A DNA stretch of 64,000 nt from a virus: IMG/VR virus record IMGVR_UViG_3300017605_001304, positions 32,001 to 96,000 of that record; one strand, written 5' to 3'. Both the position numbers and the translations under genes were made by a program. The notes under the pieces are model-generated. The model was not told the DNA's origin, ran no database searches, and saw nothing but the letters and a program-made list of their open reading frames with translations. Positions within the stretch are counted from its first letter, which is position 1. Each line of letters begins with the position of its first letter. Positions 60,740-64,000 of this stretch are shown piece by piece.

Positions 60740-62365
60740 TTAGAAGTAGGTCGTAACGACGACCATGCCGTGACCGCCCGCGCCTCCACCCTGCGACCCA
60801 GACGCGGTGCCGCCACCGCCGCCACCGCCGCCAGGGAATCCGCCGTTACCAGCGTGCGTCGCAGAGTCTCCCGCGCACGCACCGGAGCCGCCATGCGGGA
60901 ACCGCGTCGAGTCATTGCCGTTCGCACCGGCCGCGGCCGCGGGAGCTGAAGCACCGCCGCCCATGCCGGGACCGGAGTTGACGCCAGTGGTCGAGCGTCC
61001 GCCCGCACCACCACCGCCGCCGCGCAGCGACCATCCGTTGTTCGCGGAGGTCGTCCCAGTATCAACATCCGCGCCGGATTCTCCGCCGCCACCGCCCCAT
61101 TCTGCAGGTGAGCCACCGACCGGGGACAGCGTGCCGGCGCCGCCACGACCCCCGCCGCCACCGCTGGCCGGGATGTTGTTCGCCGCCGGGACCGTGTAGA
61201 GATCCGAACGGCTCGTGTTGGCGACGAGCGCCGTGAGTCCGCGACCGGCTCCACATCCGCCGTTCCCACCATCCGCAGAGACTGCGCCGGTCGCGGCCGT
61301 TCCGGCGACGCGGCGCGCCGACGTCAGCGGGCCTTGCCCACCCTTGTCAAACTCCGAGAGCACGCCCGCATTGCCGTTCGTGCCGTCCGTATTCGCGGTC
61401 GCGGCGCCGCCCTTGCCGGCGTGAACAGTCACCGACGTGCCGAGGTCCGTCGGGTCGAACCACGCCTCGTCGTACCCGCCACCACCGCCACCACCGCCGC
61501 CCGCCGCTGTCACCGCATTGCGACCGGCCGATCCGCTGCCACCGCCATCGCAGATCTGCACGAAGCACTTCCGCGCGCCCGGCCCCGGGCGCTGCCAAGT
61601 GTCATCGAGATCTGCAGCGGAACCGATGAAGAACTGGGTTTCGCTAGGCCGGGGCGCCGGGAAGTCGCGGTTCCCGCTGATGGTCGGGAGGAAGTGGATA
61701 CGCGTCGCCACCTCGACCGTGGAGCTGGCCCACGTCATCGTCGTGGCGGCGGTCCCTGCCGCCACGGCCCGCGTGCCGCTGACCATGACGAGGCCGCCGC
61801 CCGTGCCGTCCGTCGTCGATCCGTCGAACTGCTCGGTGATGCTCGTGAGGTTGGAGTTCGTCGCGGCCGACGCCTGCCCACCGGTGGCGTCGATGGCATG
61901 CGCCCAGAGGTCGACGACGAGCGTGTTGTCGATCCACGTCTGCGTCACGGCCGATGAGGCCGACGTCGACGCAGTGAACTTCCACGACTGCCCGCCCAGG
62001 TGGAACGGATCCCCGATGTTCGGGCAGCCATGGACCGAGAACATGAACCCGTAGGTGTGGTCACCTGCGTCGGTAAGCGTCGGCGCAGTCTCGCTGCCGC
62101 TGTCCCGCTTCCAGAAGATCGAGAGCTTCGTGCTGGCGGCAGTCGCCGCCGCACCGATCCCGTTCTGCGGACCGATCTGCTTGTACCCGGCCGGCGCCGC
62201 GTAGTTGGCGTCGTTCGAGCACTGGATCACGAGTACGAGAATGTCGTCGGCATCGTGCACGCTAGGCAGCGTCGCCGTCGGCACCCCGGTCGAATGGAAC
62301 TCCGCGCCGACGCTCGCGATCGTAGGGAGAGTCGGCGTGCGGCTAAGGAGAGGATACAGCGGCAT
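60740..62365 (-). CDS. Glycine-rich virion fibre/decoration protein
   Basis: Beta-sandwich N-terminal half, then a GGGGSG/GGGGGG glycine-rich domain ending GHGMVVVTTYF. Confidence 0.75.
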   Translation of the reverse strand: MPLYPLLSRTPTLPTIASVGAEFHSTGVPTATLPSVHDADDILVLVIQCSNDANYAAPAGYKQIGPQNGIGAAATAASTKLSIFWKRDSGSETAPTLTDAGDHTYGFMFSVHGCPNIGDPFHLGGQSWKFTASTSASSAVTQTWIDNTLVVDLWAHAIDATGGQASAATNSNLTSITEQFDGSTTDGTGGGLVMVSGTRAVAAGTAATTMTWASSTVEVATRIHFLPTISGNRDFPAPRPSETQFFIGSAADLDDTWQRPGPGARKCFVQICDGGGSGSAGRNAVTAAGGGGGGGGGYDEAWFDPTDLGTSVTVHAGKGGAATANTDGTNGNAGVLSEFDKGGQGPLTSARRVAGTAATGAVSADGGNGGCGAGRGLTALVANTSRSDLYTVPAANNIPASGGGGGRGGAGTLSPVGGSPAEWGGGGGESGADVDTGTTSANNGWSLRGGGGGAGGRSTTGVNSGPGMGGGASAPAAAAGANGNDSTRFPHGGSGACAGDSATHAGNGGFPGGGGGGGGTASGSQGGGAGGHGMVVVTTYF

Positions 62366-62377
62366 CTGCGCCTCCTG

Positions 62378-64000
62378 TTACGTGTACTCGACGACGCGCG
62401 CGGCGCCGGTGGCCGACACCCAGATGCCGTCCACATTGCCGGTGTAATTGAAGGGACACTCGTAGTACCCGTTCGCAGGAACCTGCAACGTGTAGCTCGT
62501 ATTGCTTGCTGTCGTTCCATTCTTGAGATAGAGAATGGAGGTCGAATCGTTGTAAACGCTGTAGCCAAGCCGGTTGGAGTTGGAGGTCAGCAGCGTCGTG
62601 CTCGACGCCAGTGCGTTCACAGTATTCGTGGTCGCCGTGGCCGAAGTCACGGCCTTCGTGGTGACGGTCGCAGCGATCGAGATCGGCTGGGTGACGGCCG
62701 AGCCGTCGACCTTCATGGCCTTGCTGGCCGTGATGGTCAGGCGCTGTCCGCGGGTCGTCTCGTCTTCGATGACGAGGACCTGGGCGCGCTTGGAGTCGAT
62801 GCGCCCTGCCGCGACGTCGTTCTCAGTAAGCGCCGTCGCGCCCGACACGTTGTCGTCGTAGTAGTAACCCGCCGGGAAGACGGGCGTCGTCGCATCGGTG
62901 AAGGGCGCGTTGTCCGCGACGGCCAACTGCTCCGTCGTGTTCACCGAGCCCGAGACCGTGACCGCACCGCTGGAGATCGTGGTGCTACCGGCGACGAGGT
63001 TGACCCGGATCGCGTTGTTGGTCGCGTCGCCGGGCTTCACCAGGGTGTTGCCGGTATCCGTGATCGCCGCGGCCAGCGGCGACGAGGCCGGAGCATCGAC
63101 GGTCAGCGATCCCGCGTTGTCCGAGACCGGGAAGGGTCCCGTACCCGCATTCGCAGTGACCGTGCCGGAGACCGGCTGGGTGACGGCCGAGCCGTCCACC
63201 TTGAGCGCATTCGTGAGCTGGACCTGATCGGTCGCGAGCGTCACGCGCAGCGTGCCCGCGCTCTTGCTGCCCGAGTTCGTGTCGACCGCGGTACCGGCCC
63301 ACTGCGTCTGGTTCACCGACTGGTTGGCCGACAGCGCGCCAATCGTGTTCGTACCGGCCGGGAGCGCCGAGCTCAGCGCCACCGTGCTCGTGCCACGCGA
63401 CGCACGGATGCTGACCGTCGACGAGTTCGTACCCGCCGTCGAGACCCGCACCCGGAAGGCGGTGAACCCGGTGATGTTGCCCTGGGTCTGGACGTCGCCC
63501 GCCGCCTGCGTGACCGTGTTCGCCACCGCGCCGGTCGAGACGGTGCCAGCCGTGCCGGAGATGGCCACCATGTTGACCGGCTGGAAGTTCGTGCCGTCGA
63601 CCGAGCCTTCGAAGACGAGGGTGCCGGTGCCCGTGCCCCAGGTGATGCGCACGCCCACGCCGCCGTAGCCCACGAGCGACGACACCGTGATGGCGTTCGC
63701 CGTCGAGGTCATGCTGAGCGACTGCGTGACCTGCGTCGTGTCGTTGCCCGAGCGCTCACGGTCCCAGGTGGAACCGTTCCAACCCAAGGCCAGCGCACCG
63801 ACCGAAGTTGTAGTCGGATTGGCCGTGGCATCGGCCAGCGCCGCAGCCGCCGGAAGCTCCGAGTCGACTGCAAGCGTGCCAGTACCGGCATTGGCCGTGA
63901 CCGTGCCGGAGATCGTGAAGGTGCCCGAGCCCGCATTCGCGGTCACCGTGCCGGAGACCGGTTGCGTGACCGCAGAGCCATCGACCTTGAGGGCGTTGGT
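62378..64000 (-). CDS. Fibre-like repeat protein (5' end beyond the window)
   Basis: Frame stays open to the window edge; repeated VDGSAVTQPVSGTVTANAG; C-terminal beta-sandwich NSNRLGYSVYN...YTGNVDGIW. Confidence 0.75.
   Translation of the reverse strand, partial: TNALKVDGSAVTQPVSGTVTANAGSGTFTISGTVTANAGTGTLAVDSELPAAAALADATANPTTTSVGALALGWNGSTWDRERSGNDTTQVTQSLSMTSTANAITVSSLVGYGGVGVRITWGTGTGTLVFEGSVDGTNFQPVNMVAISGTAGTVSTGAVANTVTQAAGDVQTQGNITGFTAFRVRVSTAGTNSSTVSIRASRGTSTVALSSALPAGTNTIGALSANQSVNQTQWAGTAVDTNSGSKSAGTLRVTLATDQVQLTNALKVDGSAVTQPVSGTVTANAGTGPFPVSDNAGSLTVDAPASSPLAAAITDTGNTLVKPGDATNNAIRVNLVAGSTTISSGAVTVSGSVNTTEQLAVADNAPFTDATTPVFPAGYYYDDNVSGATALTENDVAAGRIDSKRAQVLVIEDETTRGQRLTITASKAMKVDGSAVTQPISIAATVTTKAVTSATATTNTVNALASSTTLLTSNSNRLGYSVYNDSTSILYLKNGTTASNTSYTLQVPANGYYECPFNYTGNVDGIWVSATGAARVVEYT
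63144..64000 (-). repeat. Intragenic direct repeat (about 70 bp)
   Basis: TNALKVDGSAVTQPVSGTVTANAG encoded at about 63144-63214 and 63930-64000; partial third copy near 62685-62713. Confidence 0.75.

Noticed and set aside
1-64000. Stop-codon reassignment, inteins/introns, tRNA genes
   Set aside because: Core genes are full length in the standard code, TAG/TGA/TAA all act as stops, no intein-sized insertions are evident in polymerase, helicases or RecA, and no cloverleaf was recognised by eye (tRNAscan not run).

Overview
High-GC segment of a large contractile-tailed (myovirus-like) bacteriophage genome. I saw no host chromosomal genes, rRNA, tRNA or CRISPR array. Left part (1-17.1 kb, minus strand): a replication/recombination module with RecA/UvsX, a gp32-like SSB, a UvsY-like mediator, a family-A DNA polymerase fused to a family-4 uracil-DNA glycosylase domain, a primase, a DnaB/gp41-like helicase and a UvsW-like SF2 helicase. 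Right part (22.3-64 kb, minus strand): a T4-like virion module with tail fibre, baseplate wedges, gp25, PAAR, gp5-like spike, hub, tape measure, tail chaperones, tube, sheath, gp15/gp14/gp13-like tail-completion and neck proteins, and fibre-like proteins. Several plus-strand islands of small, translationally coupled ORFs interrupt these modules. Most notable observations: (1) a cassette of 3-4 different ADP-ribosyltransferase-like domains plus a five-copy uncharacterised GW(I/L)xPDG domain inside the neck/tail operon, with five of the six cassette ORFs carrying an ESTxxIAxRLFLE-like peptide that may be a capsid-targeting or protease-processing tag; (2) a repeated sigma70-type promoter containing a palindromic ACCTGT-AAT-ACAGGT operator at five loci, with a divergently transcribed double-HTH candidate regulator; (3) a small protein ending in Gly-Gly paired with a Cys/His partner (possible ubiquitin-like module); (4) a candidate +1/-2 frameshift in the tail chaperone; (5) a hairpin-rich non-coding region of about 790 bp. 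All calls come from motif recognition by eye; no searches were run.
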